Shown one piece after another: positions 26,701 through 39,301 of a stretch of DNA of 64,000 nt. Within the stretch, counting starts at the first letter, position 1; every line of letters starts with the position of its first letter. The position numbers and the translations under genes were made by a program. Source of the stretch: Lama glama (Eukaryota). The stretch covers positions 72,232,001 through 72,296,000 of the forward strand of contig CM052816.1 in the NCBI GenBank assembly GCA_028534125.1, read 5' to 3'. Under the pieces are notes generated by a model that was not told the DNA's origin, made no database searches, and worked only from the letters and a program-made list of their open reading frames with translations.

Positions 26701-28309
26701 GGAAATTATAATAGACATATTTTAGAGAAGCTCCAGAGAAAGAACAGAGAGCAATGCAATACTATATGCATTTAAGACTTTAAAAGAACACAGATGAAGG
26801 AAACATACATAGTGAGGAAATGCCAGTTTTGAACAGGGATACAGAATTGTGATGGGATTATTAATACATACAGGTTTTTAACTGGGTCAACTCAATTCTT
26901 CTATTTTGAGAAGCTAAAAGTTTACAAACTGTGCTCTGATAGAAGGGAGATTTAACCAGCCCAGACAGGTAAGAGGCACAGGAGACCCTTTGAACAGGCA
27001 GAAGTGGGAGAGAAAGATCTGTAAGAAAGGATGCTCTTCGATTTTTAAAGTCTGAGTTGGGCCAAAAATAGGAAGCAAGGATGGAGATGTATGATGAAAA
27101 TGAGACCTGTGGTGAGAGCCTCCCGGCTTAAGATGAAGACGCTGCTACGACTGCTGCACTGTAATTTACCTTAGTATTTCAGGGTGCAGGTCCGCTGAGA
27201 TGAAATAATGATTTTTATTTCTTTCCTGCCTTAGAAAAGGAAAAACAAAAAAGTCATTATTAATTTAATTGCTTTTTCCTAGAGAGCCTGCAACGCTTGG
27301 CAGCAGGGCAGAGCAGGAATAATAGGTACTTGGGACTCAGTCAGACCTGGAATCGTCCCCTGACTCAGGCCATTTAGTGTAGTAAAGAAGGACCGTGCAG
27401 TATTGAACTGTGTGCACCTCTTCCTCATCTGCACCTCCTGAATATTCCCTTAGGAGGCAGAGGCATCTACATTGCCTTAGAGGAATTAGGTAGAGCAGAG
27501 AGGTAAAGACAAAAAACAGTTAATTTAAAAATATCTTTTACTTTAAATCTAGGATTTTGAGAATAAAACAGAAGGCTATCAGAGGAGCAGAGTACAGATG
27601 TCTGCTGTAACCACTTATCTCTTCCCTGGGGGATGTTACATGAAGGTGTCCAGGCTGGAGGAGGAGCAGTGAGAAAAGGAAGGAGTGGAGATCTCCCTCT
27701 AGGTGTTCTAGGGAGAGGAAGTCTCCCAGGCAAACAGTGGTGCACCTGCTGTAACAGAGGGAAAGGCTTTCAAGAGCTGTTAAGAAGATTTGCTTGGACC
27801 CTCCTGCAGAGATTCTAGTGAGGTCTGGGAGTGAGACCTGGACATGTGTGCATGCATCTGAGAGTCTCCCAGATGGTTCTGACATGCAACCACTGTAACA
27901 TAAAGCATGTTGCTGGCAGAGAGTAGGCACTCAGTAAGCAGAGGTCTCTCTTTCCACGTTTTCATTACTTCACCTATTACCCGCATGCCCTCGTCAAGTC
28001 AAATCTATATCACTGCAAAAATGTCCACCCTGGTTTCCAAGACTTTAATTTTGCCAGAAGAAATGATTGCTTTTATTTTGTTATCACTGTGACTGAACAC
28101 CACTGATGAGTTTACTCCCACTTCGGAAATAAAGTCTCATGTTTCTAGAGTTTACCGTGGTCAACAAACTCATATCAACATGCCCATGCTAACCATAACA
28201 TGCCCTTCAAACTCACAGCGTTAGGTAAGTAAAGCCACATAAAATTAAGTATAATAGACAATGTCTCTTGTTTATTCAATTGGCAGGTTTTATCATTTTT
28301 GAACTATCT

Positions 28310-28839
28310 TGTAGCAGCTGCTCGACATATGTAATCTCATCAATCCTCAAAGCACCTGTAGGGAGGAGGAGAGTAATGTTATTGTGTGAAGGAAAAGCCA
28401 GGCTGGTCTAACAAGATAACTCACAAGTCTAGGAATGTGAAGGAGAGGCTGGGCTGGGCTAACAAATCTAAGTATCGGAATACTGATCTGAGTTCTGCCA
28501 GACTAACTTGTAAATCTAAGTTAATTAGTGTTGGTTTGCTGTTCATGTTTTTTTTGCTAGCCAGCTGGATTTTCAAAGATATATATCTGGCTTTGGAATG
28601 TTGGTTTGCTGCCTCCCTGCCTCCACTTTTGTGATAATGATGCTGCTAAAGCTGTTCCATGCCTATTGGCTGAATACCCCAAGCTTGTACTTTACCCTAT
28701 AAAACCTCATGCGCACGTCTTGGTGGTGCTCAGAGCTTTGGAGCAGAAGCCCCTCTGAGCCCACCGGCGTAATACATCTGAGTACTCCAACCCTCCGAGT
28801 GGTGCTTGTTTCTTGGCTGGCCTGTCGTTTCTGTAACCA
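28310..28839 (+). mobile_element. ERV1-like solo LTR, relatively young
   Basis: TG...CA ends with near-TSD ATCT/ATTT; 30-bp U3 direct repeats; ATTGG (28665), TATAAAA (28698), AATACA (28771); retained CpGs. Left boundary less certain. Confidence 0.7.
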
Positions 28840-28892
28840 ATTTATATTTTGTAAGTTTTTAAGAGAAATGATTGTGCCTAGGGCCTTTTGGA

Positions 28893-29060
28893 GCCTTGCT
28901 CTTCAAAGTGTGGTGAGGGCTGGAAACATCCATTTATCACCTCTAGAGTTGGAGAATTTAGGGCTCCACCCTAGACCTACTGGACCTGAGAGTTAGAAAG
29001 GACAATTCAACGTTATCCCTGAATGGTTCACTTACACATTGTAGTTTGAGAAGTACTGGG
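28893..29060. mobile_element. MER5A-like MITE
   Basis: CCTTGCTCTTCAAAGTGTGGT...GCTCCACCCTAGACCTACTG...CACATTGTAGTTTGAGAAGTACTGG. Confidence 0.75.
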
Positions 29061-29944
29061 GATGTAAGTGCTCAGCTAGATTAGCAATCACTGTACACTC
29101 AGCTGTCTGTTGATTGAAGACAAGTAAATAGTCATGCTGGAAGGAAGGACTAGTGGTATCATTATAGAATACAAATGAAAAATATTCATAATGTATATTT
29201 ACTTTCCTATGAAGAAAAGTCATAGAGCTTTCTGTTTTTTGCACCATCCCATTAAACATCACCACCAAGAACAAAACCAGTAGCTTAATTCATTGACCCG
29301 TGATCTGTACAAACAACTTAAAGATCCATTAGATGAAGTCTGAGAAATTTCCAGATGAAGGATCACTACACTTGATTGGTTTCACAACTGCTGTATTAAG
29401 GACAGTCATTGAAAACTAACATTATAACCTTTTAAAGAAAACCCAGGGGAAATCTTCATAGCAATCAAGCCTCATTCTTATTTGGAGACTGTACTGAAAA
29501 ACAAATTTGGTCAGTGAATTTTGCTCTTTCATTCACCTCCTCAAGCAGTAATATCAATCTCACAATAGAAATGCTTAACACAGCTTTTACTCTGACCTTG
29601 AGAGACAAATGTGTTTGATAATAGTAAAGGTTACTCCTGTGTTTATAGATTTCTCTAGTACTAACAAAATATATGATGAAAACTAAAAGACTTGAGTCTA
29701 AAAGTTAACTGCCAGCCATAGTACTTTGATATCTTCTTTTAAGATACTCAAAGAATAGATGCCATTTCTGAGTGTGACTACAAATTGATACTCAAATGAT
29801 GCTAAAATAAATATCTCAGAAGAATTTCCACACACATCACTGTCAAGTACAATAATAACCTGATTAATTAAAATAATAATATAAAAATAAATTATACACA
29901 AAATAATATGAAAAATAAAAATATGATTATTTAGTTTAATCACC

Positions 29945-30314
29945 TGTTATAGACTGAATGTTTGTATCTCCCTCTAAATTCTTATGCTGAGTTCTAGCCC
30001 CCAGTATGACTATATTTGGAGATGAGGCCTCTAAAGAAGTAACTAAGGTGATGAGGTCATAAAAGTGGGGCCATCGTATGATAGGACTCGTGTTCTTATA
30101 AGAAGAGACAGCAGAAAGCTCGTTCTCTCTCTCTGCTGTTTGAGGACACAGCTAGAAGGTGGTCATCTACAAGCCAGGAGGAAAGTTTCCACCAGCACCT
30201 ACCCTGCCTGACCTTGATCTGGGACTTCCAGCCTCCAGGGCAGTGAGAAAATAAATTTCTGTGATTTAAGCCACCCCGCCTATGGTATTTTGTTGTGGCA
30301 GCCAAAGTAGCACA
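29945..30314 (+). mobile_element. MaLR solo LTR (MLT1A/B-like)
   Basis: TGTTATAGACTGAATGTTTGT...GACCTTGATCTGGGACTTCCAGCCTCCAG..GTGAGAAAATAAATTTCTG...TATGGTATTTTGTTGTGGCAGCC. Confidence 0.9.
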
Positions 30315-32029
30315 GTTGCCAACTTTCTCTTCCGCCAACTTCATGAAGAGTATGGAGTTAACTGTTGGTAATTCATGGGGAGCTCTAACTTTTAGCAAAT
30401 ACGTGAACTCAGAGTTCTCCTAAAATCACTGAAAAAGTCTCCCAGGGTCCCTGCAAGCGGCCAGGCACTTTACAGGGACATATTGCAGAGTCTCATTTAT
30501 TGGGCATACAATTTTCCACAGGTTTACTTACCGGTTTCATCTCTCATGGAAATCAACAACTAGAAGTATGAAAAATACTAAAAGTTTGGTAAATTTGGAC
30601 TCCTCAGTGCCACAGAGGAAGAGACACAAAGCCTAAAATACAGTCCTAGTATTTTATTTCAATAATGGATGCTCATCAAAAATCATTAAGACTCTATGAA
30701 TAATGAAACAAACACAGTGATTCATCTTGGAGCTGAAAACCTTAGTTATCTGGGAAATTTACTGTATGTATAATGCAAATCTCAGTTCTTGACTATTTAA
30801 TTGTATTTCTGAAAGGAGTAGTTCATTGTCAGAATATCAACACTGAAGAATTGCTTTACCAAGGTTTATATGACATTATTTCTTTTGTATTTTCTTTATT
30901 GAGTGTACACAGTACAAATGCACCCAGTATAAAATTCTAAAATATTCCTTCCACAACATTCTGTAACCATCCAGTGCTTTCCCTAGTGGCAAACATAATT
31001 CCCTGTTTCTTTTTCATCCTTTCCTAACTACTATTAAATGCAAGCAAAATTTAATTTTATTCCATTCAATACTATTTAAGGGATGTTACCCTGAAAAAGC
31101 AGGTGTTCTTTTTTATAAGGTAAACTTGTTCTAATTAGAATAATTTGCATCCCACAGATGAAATGCTGTCCAAAATTCAATGATCCAGAAGTGTTCTTTG
31201 AACATTAAAGTAAAAATGTGTATTGCTGTTCTTTATGACTCCCTGATGAAACTGGACTTGGCAGGAGCAGAGTCTGGGATAATGCCAAGTTTATTTCCAG
31301 AGTTTGCAATCAGAGAGCAGACTATAGTAGACATCACGAAGGCAGCATGGTGAATGGTTATTGGGCCAGTGTTGGGCATTTACCAGGGACTGGAGAGAAA
31401 AAAGGGAACTAACACTTATTTATCAGTAATAATCAACGTAATGTGGTACAAGGATTCCTGGACCCTGGCTCAAGACATCTGAGATAGTGCCCTGATTTTC
31501 TTTCCAAAGAGTCACACTACCTTGGAAAATTACCTTAGTCCACTTCACTGGGAATTGTGTCCTTACCTATGAAATAAAATTTCAAGAATTTCTTGTGAAA
31601 CATTTGATAATTCTTAAAAGGCTGGCTGTAAGTTGTCTTAACCATTACTGTATCTCTTCATTGACTATAAAATGTCGTAGAACCTATGTATTATTATTAT
31701 TGCAGTTGGACACAGGATCAATGAGATTTTAAACTGATGTTGAACATGAGCATAGCAGTGAGTGGGAGACGTGTTTGGCACCCCTGCTTCCAGGTAACCT
31801 CTAAAGAATTCAGGGTTTCTTGATTTAGGGTTTTAGGATTTCATGTTCTCGGGTCTAGGTTTTTAGCAGAGCAGGGTAATTTGATGTGTACATAACACTT
31901 TTTTGGCTTTTGTGTGACTCTGAGTGTGGGCATCTGAATTTGTAGATTTTTTGGCCACAATCAACAGTAATGGAATCTCCTTGAATGTTATGCTCTAATA
32001 TTCAGAAGCAACAGATTCAAAACATTTAC

Positions 32030-32235
32030 ATCAGACAAACTAGGGATTTGAACTCTGGCTCTTTCAAGTTACTTTCTTTGATCTAAATATCAGTTTGTTT
32101 ATCACAAAAAAAGCATGAATAGTAACTTTTTAGAATCAACATAAAGATTAAATGAGAGAATTCATTTAAAATGTTTAGCTCAGTGCCTGACATTAAACAA
32201 TAATTCAGTACATTCTTGTTATATTTATTGTAATG
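32030..32235 (+). mobile_element. MIR SINE
   Basis: GGATTTGAACTCTGGCTCT...CAGTTTGTTTATCACAAAA...AAAGATTAAATGAGA...TTAGCTCAGTGCCTGACAT. Confidence 0.65.
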
Positions 32236-32394
32236 ATGTTCTGGTAGGTAAGACTTTTTCTTTCTTTATTCAATCTGCCTGGAATTTGCCTCATAAAATT
32301 GATGTTGGTTTTCACTTGGGTAAGAATTCAGTTGTTGGAAACACACGTCACAGAAGCAATACTGGCATTCATATTTCCTTCCCTTATTTCGTTT

Positions 32395-32572
32395 TTTAGA
32401 TATGGCTTTACTGTGATAACATTCACATGCCATACGATTCACCTATTTAAAATGCACAATTCAGTGATTTTTATTATATTCAGAATTGTGCAACCGTCAC
32501 CACAATCAATTTTACAAAATTTTAAGTACTCCCAAAAGAAACCCCAGACCTATTAGCAGTTACTCTCATTTA
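32395..32572 (-). mobile_element. L1MB-type extreme 3' end
   Basis: ATTCACATGCCATACGATTCACCTATTTAAAATGCACAATTCAGTG...TTGTGCAACCGTCACCACAATCAATTTT...CCCAAAAGAAACCCC. Confidence 0.8.
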
Positions 32573-33494
32573 TTTCATTTTGTTTGCAAAAGTGAGTGAA
32601 GTCATTAGATTGCTCTTGGAATAAATGAGTGTTGAAAAGATGAGCAGTGGATGAGGGCAGAGTACATCAGGCAAATAAGTTTGAAAACAATATATAAATA
32701 TTTTAACAAAATAAATGCAATAAAATTCAAACAGTTCTGTTCAAATCCGTGGAGTAATATTCTCTGTGGAAAAGGGAACATAGGATTTCTTTTGACAAAT
32801 AAACCCTCATCATATTATCCTTTTTGGCAATCGTTACAAAAATATTTATTATTCTTGACTTAATGATGTTCTTCTGGGAATACATCCTTAGGAAATCACT
32901 CAAATTAGCAAAAAAATAAAGATTTTTTTGGTAAGAGTCCTGTTTATGGTTAGAATAGTAAAGGAACATGAAAGACAGTCACTCCTACTCATACAAGTTA
33001 CCCAATAAACCAAAAATTGATGCATTTGTTAAAAATCACCATTTGGTGAAAATCCAGTTTGGTTCAGATAAATCTAGAACTAAGCTATCCAGAGAGACAA
33101 ATTCTTCACAGGCGAGCAAGAGATGGAGAACACTTTTACCTGGTGCAGTTGCTGAGGCTGGAAACAAGACAGGTGTAGGAGCAAGGCTCCAGAACAAGGA
33201 CAGTTTTTGCTTTGAGTAAGAGAAGCCTGCCAAGTGGTTTTGAACCTCTGAGCTGATGTGAGGGCTTTGAGTCTGAGGTTGTCTCAAGTGAAAAGAAAAT
33301 GCTTTCTCCCAGTTAATTCTACTACATGAGTATTTTACTGGTAATCAAGTCTTGGGTCTGGAAACGGAAACACAGGGCATTACCTTTCAGTCTCACAGTT
33401 TAAAAGTGTTTTATTTTTGCTATTTTCTGATCTCAGAAGTCCTGTGGTCCCTAAGACATGAAGTTGTGTGGTCTCACTGTCCTGTAGTCCTACA

Positions 33495-34170
33495 ATAACG
33501 AGAAAGAGTCGTAAGTGCGAGCAAGAATGTGGAGCAACTGGAGAAGTCATACATTGCTGGCTGGAATATAAAATGGTACAATTACTTTGGAAAATGGTTG
33601 AGTAGTTTCTCATAAAATTAAACATACACCTACCCTATGACCCAGAAATTCCAGAATAAGTATTTATCCTAGAGAAAAATCTACGTCCACAAAAAGACTA
33701 GTACAAGATGTTGATAGCAGTTTTATTCATAATCTCCCCAAACTGGAAACAACCCAAATGTCTTTCAACATATGAATGAATGAACAAATTCATACAACAG
33801 AATACTACTCAGCAATAGAGAGGAACAAACTACTGATACAGACGACAATATGGATAAATCTTAAAAATACTATACTGAACCAAAAAAGCCAGACACAGTA
33901 GATACTGTATGATTACTTTATATTTCCTTCTAGGACAGGTCGAACTAATATATGGTGATAGAAAGTTGATAAGTGGCTTTGGGATGAGGAGTTGAGAGAA
34001 GGTGGGATTGACTGCAAAGAAGCTCAAAGAAACTCTCTAAGCTGAAGAAAATTTTATACATCTGTATTGGTGGTTATATGCAAGTGTATATTTGTCAAAA
34101 CTCATTGGTCTTTATACTTAAAACATGTGCAATTTATTATATATATTATATCTAAGTAAAGATTAAAAAT
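33495..34170 (+). mobile_element. L1MB/ME-type 3' end
   Basis: CAAGAATGTGGAGCAACTGG..CATACATTGCTGG..GAATATAAAATGGTACA...ACCCTATGACCCAGAAATTCC...TGTCAAAACTCA. Confidence 0.85.
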
Positions 34171-35678
34171 ATACTTCATATTCAAATAAATCTTCTAAAC
34201 CATTATTGCAAATCTTCTAAATAGTTATTTGTTGGAAAATATTCATTTTAATGTTCCCTAATACAGAAAAGCAAACAAATAAAGAAATTGAAACAAACTA
34301 TGTAACTAAAAGTTGAGTGATGATATAGTCAAATTAAGGTAGCTCAGTGCTGAATAACATTATTCAGGGCAGTTAAATTTCTAATTTTATTAGAATATTT
34401 ACTGGAATTTTATTAGAATATTTAACAACATTTCTAATATTATTATTCAGAATACCATTATTTGGGGTAGTTAATTCTTTAATTATTAAGAACATGTAGC
34501 AGCATGGTAAATATTTAGGATATATAAATAAACATTTAATTAGAAAACAGACTGAAAAACGAGAATGTTATGGATTGCTGACATTGAGATTAATGGGACT
34601 CATAAATTTAAAATGTACAGTCTTAGAAAAAAATCATAGTTAACAATTCTAGCTGATTCTATACTTTACTGATAATGTGCAAACAAAATAACCATAATAA
34701 TAAGAAATAATACTGTCAGCAAAACTTAGGTAGTAGAATAGATCAGGCACGTCTAGTTTAAGTGATTACATTTGTGAAAGTTTATCATCATTCTTTCTCA
34801 ATAAGAATTATAAAAGCCTTTGTGGAAATTTGGCGTGCTAAAATTTTTTATTTCTAGCCTTATTATAAATATTAATATTTGTTAAATATTTTCCTAGTCC
34901 ATTATTTTACTAAGTAAAGCAAGCAGCATAAAGTATGCATCTCTGTGCATTATTCTTTATATAAGTAATATTTTGTTAAAGTTTAGATAGCTCTTTAGAT
35001 CATGCATTTATTAATATATCAGTTTATTTTCAAGTTTAGCACCAGACAATACTTGGGAAGAAATGTCTTAATATATTACTATTCCTCAAGTTCTCTAAAT
35101 ATCTACTATTGTAATGAAACTTTAGTAAAAATGAACCAGCATTCTACAACAATAACCAAAATTTTAAGCCTACTTGGTATGGAATAAAACAAAGGAAAGA
35201 CAACAGTGATATCTGCATACATTGTGGCATAGAAAAATACTCACAGCAGCAATTCACCTGTTCAGTGTTCTAAGTTTCCTCAGAAAAATAATTGATACTG
35301 ATTTCGGTTGCATTTATATCTGTAAACTGTACTGTACAGCAGTCGAAGCTGTGCTTGCAAAACAGCCATAGATGAGACAAGTAATATACATGAACTTGAT
35401 TTACATTTTGGAATTCAAGGGCAAGGATAAAGAATAACCAGGATTTGAGCTATTGAGGGATATCTCCAGAGTAGTCAGCAATAAAATGAAGTGAGGCTAA
35501 GATTGTTCTTTTATACATGGCGAGGAGTGCAGCTGTATTCTGTCACTGAGGCAGCATTTAATCATAAAAGTAGTCATTTGGTGAAGTGCTAAGATGTCAG
35601 ACTGCATCTAATACAGAACCACTCCCACGAAGAGAATGAGAAAGGTAGTATCTCTTCCCACAAACTAGAGCTTTCTTA

Positions 35679-35782
35679 AGAATATCAAAACGAGTATATG
35701 TAGGTACATACATGACTGGGACATTGTGCTGTACACTAGAAATTGACACATTGTAACTGATGGTACTTCAATTAAAAAAAAA
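35679..35782 (+). mobile_element. Young artiodactyl/camelid L1, about 100-bp 3' stub with poly(A)
   Basis: CATTGTGCTGTACACTAGAAATTGACACATTGTAACTGA..TACTTCAATT then an A-run; TSD core TAGAGCTTT at 35666-35674 and 35783-35791. Confidence 0.85.
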
Positions 35783-36099
35783 TAGAGCTTTTGTAAATCT
35801 AAGGGTTGTTTTCTAAACGTAGCTACTGATGTTTCTAGAATGGTTTACAGTTAAAAAAAAAAAAGATGGCAGTGAGTTTTTCTATTTCTTCTAATGTATT
35901 GCCTACAAAACTCAGGCACATTAATAGTCCTTACAATGTCTCACATAATTAATGTCTTCGCAACTGAAGAGTCATCATTGTTGGAATTACTTAAACATCT
36001 ATCCTTGATTACAAGTTCCCCAGACGTAATCTTATACTTTGCTATGATAAAATAGAGAAGAAAGAAAGTCCTAGCCTTGAAATATTTCATTTGTGGGTA

Positions 36100-36680
36100 A
36101 AGGAGGATAAACTCGATAAAGAAGCTGAGCAGTTGCAGCTAGACTAGGAGAAGACTGGGAATGAATAGTGCCAATGAAGGAAGCGAAGGGAAGGAAGGAG
36201 TGGTCAACAGGTACAAAAGCTACAAGGAGATTAAGTAAAATGAGGTTGAAAAAACATCTGTTGGGTTAATCATTTAACAAGGGGAGTGAATAGGGAGTGA
36301 GGAGTGAATAGGTGTGAAGAAAATGTAGGCAGTGAATATGGACGACTTACTAGAAGAGTTTAGCTGTGAAAGGATAGATGGAGAGGTATTTAGGGCTAAA
36401 GGGCAAGGTTTTCTGTTTGTGTTTGTTTTAACTGGCTTTGAATATGGGAAAGACATGGAGATATTTAAAAGCTGTGTGGTTGAAGCAAGGAAGAAGAATA
36501 ATTGGTAGCGTCAGTTTCCTAAGACAGCAAAAGATGGATTGATTCAGAGGACCAATGAAAGGACTCGTTTCAAAAGGAAGAGGGTCAGCTTCTTTATTCC
36601 ACTTTGAAGAAGACAATGAATGGAGGAGACATGATTGTTGCATTTATTTGGGGAAACTGAGGTACGTCCAATTAAATGGC
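36100..36680 (-). mobile_element. L2 LINE fragment
   Basis: GAAGGAAGGAGTGGTCAACAG...AAGTAAAATGAGG...GAGGAGTGAATAGG...GAAGAGTTTAGCTGTGAAAGG. Confidence 0.7.
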
Positions 36681-37759
36681 TTTTTGAGGGGAAGGTGGGA
36701 AACATCATAATTAGATGCTGAATGTTAGACTTCATTTCCTACCTTTAAAATGGAATGCTTTGAGGGATTAGTAGAGACAATGAATATGAGAGCCCTGACA
36801 ACTGAAAGTGCTGTTCATAGTAACTACTTTCATTATAGATATACCCCTGTAAATTTGAATACTATCACATTCTTTTTAATAATCAAAAAGTTTTTTTTTT
36901 TACTTTGTGGCATTGTTTCCAAATCCTTTATAAGTAAAGAACAGTATTTAATATCTAGAGATATTGTAAGAGTAATAAATATGTAAAATATTATATTTTA
37001 TTAAAAATTACAAGATAAATTCAATATTTTATTTTACTGTATAGTGTAAGTGTTACATTCATCCACAGGCATTAACACAATCCCTTATGGTATTTTATTT
37101 TTAGGGTGGAAATTTAATGTCTAAGAGTAACTCCAATACAATAATTCCAAGGTCTATCAGATTTATGTGAAAAGACCACAAGATGACTAATATCTTTATT
37201 CTGATGTTCTTCCATTTCAGCTTTTTTAATCTCATTAGGACCCACATGCTTGTTTGTTTTCCTGTGTTTGCTTCCACTGGGAGAGCAATTTTGGTCAACT
37301 CCAACATATGAGGTAAAAAGGACAAGAAAAGAAATGGTCCATGGCCAAATTATTTTTCAAATTATAGTCACATATGTCTGGAAGCATTTTTATAACCATG
37401 TTTTAGATTAACCTTTCAAATACTGTGCTAATTCCTTTTCCCAAGTGTTTTTTTTTTTTTTTGATGACTTTGGTGGGACATGAATACCCAAGTATTTTTA
37501 AGGGCTACTCTGCTTTTGTATAGGTTTAGCAATGCTGCTCGTTACTATAATCTATAGCTGTCCATTACTATTATGTTCTTTATTGTTATATTTAACAATG
37601 GACTACCAACAGTTTTAACACTTCATTCAGGAATATCATGATTAAAATAAGATTATAGACCTCTTCAGTCTTTGGAATCATCAAAATATAGTGTAGTATA
37701 CTGAGAAATATTTATGAAGCCTATTGTAAGTAAACTCTGCCATGTCCCCTAGGTTCTTA

Positions 37760-38204
37760 GCATTGTAGGGCATGCCAGTTGACTTCCAAGAACAGCATGT
37801 ACATCTCTTTGTGGGTTTTCTCTGGCAGTTGGGAGGTTGCTATGCTGGGGCATGGTAGCTGGCTGGAAGTCCTAGGAAATTTGCATCTCTCAGGAACATC
37901 TTTCAACTACAGTTGATGGGAGGTAGTGTTTAAAACTCCTATCTTCTTTGCCCCTCAGTTGGGATAAAGCAGAGGTACATGTTCTACAATGGGTCCCAAT
38001 GCCCAAAGTAGTAACTTTCTTAATAACACACTCTTGTTACTGTGTTGTTATTATATTATTATGTTATTAAATTTGTCTCCATTTTCTGTATCACTTTCTC
38101 ACTCTGCTACCCAAGTGTTTCCTTAGGTCATCTCTTATCTGAACTATGTACACTTGAATTCCTTTTTCAGGGCTTACTTGGGGAGTGGGGACTCAAACTA
38201 AGAT
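37760..38204 (+). mobile_element. ERVL solo LTR (LTR16-like)
   Basis: 3' end GAACTATGTACACTTGAATTCCTTTTTCAGGGCTTACTTGGGG...CTCAAACTAAGATA resembles the LTR16 terminus. Confidence 0.65.
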
Positions 38205-38462
38205 ACTATCACATGTTATCATACATATTTTCTAATGTAACTTAAAATATCTAAATATAGTGGAGAGGAAAAAAATGAAGAAATGGAACACGTCACCATT
38301 TTCAGAAAAATGAACCTTATGTACATTGTGTACATGATAGGACTCTTGGAATTATCTGAATTCACCTATATAAGTTACAAAACAATGAAATTTCTATTTA
38401 TTTGTGATTGTAATATATTTTCATCAACATATATTTAAAAAGTTACAATTATCATTCTGTAT

Positions 38463-39030
38463 GTTTATTCATTCAATCAAAAATATTTCTTGAGCAACTA
38501 CTCAATCCTCAGTACAGTGCTAGGCTGTAAGGATAAAATGGTGAGTAAAATTGATAAGATCCATTTTTATTCATGAATCTTATGCTGCAATATATTACAG
38601 TGGTTATTAATGTTATCTTCATTCAATGTTACACTGTGGCTAGTGGTATAAAAGAAATATTGGGACCTGGATGAACATGGAACAGACGAAACTGATCTAA
38701 TCTGAGGGTCCAGGAGTAAATTTTGAGTTCACATAAGAAGCAAGATTTAGCTGGAAGGATGGTGGATACATTCCACATTTCAGCAAAAAGTAGGCAGCAC
38801 AAAGGTGCTGAGGACCTATGGCTTATGGAACTTTGGAAGAACTAGAACATGATCACTGTGGCTGGCCTATAGGGAGTAAGGGAGAACCATGTGCCTGGAC
38901 CTTTCTGTCAGGCACTATTAACATTTTGTTAAGGAATTTGGCCTTGGAGAACTATTAGAGGATTTAAGTTGGGAAGTGAAATAAGATTTATATTTTCAAA
39001 CAATTGCTCTAGACACTGTATTGGAAGACA
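38463..39030 (-). mobile_element. L2 LINE 3' end
   Basis: TTTATTCATTCAATCAAAAATATTTCTTGAGCAACTACT...CAGTGCTAGGC...; L2 (TTCA)n tail at the left end. Confidence 0.75.
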
Positions 39031-39277
39031 GGCATAGATTACTTCAGTGTCCAAGTAATTTGTATTAAAGCCTAAAGCTCAAGTCCAAATCATTAGAAAT
39101 GTCAAACTATTTAAAAATATGTTGCATCAACCTGACTATTTAATAATATGTTGAGATTGCAAAGTGTTTCAAATGCTTACTTGAGAGTAGTTATAAAAGC
39201 TTTAAATGAGTAGTCTGTCACAATGTCAGGACTATTCTCTGTTTCAAATTCAAAGGCATCCTCATTTGCATTCAAAT

Positions 39278-39301
39278 ACACACACACACACACACACACA
39301 C
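39278..39301. repeat. (AC)12 microsatellite
   Basis: Perfect dinucleotide run. Confidence 0.95.

Noticed and set aside
27467..28092. Cluster of overlapping ORFs up to 130 aa
   Set aside because: Locally higher GC reduces stop frequency; no recognisable domain or splice structure, and partly MIR/L2-like debris.
28385..28465. CRISPR-like 30-bp repeats with a spacer
   Set aside because: Only two imperfect copies, inside an LTR U3 region of eukaryotic DNA, with no cas genes.
30532..30559. 28-nt minus-strand exon with strong CCG|GTAAGT donor
   Set aside because: Its only open frame is incompatible with the neighbouring candidates; isolated splice-like signals are common.
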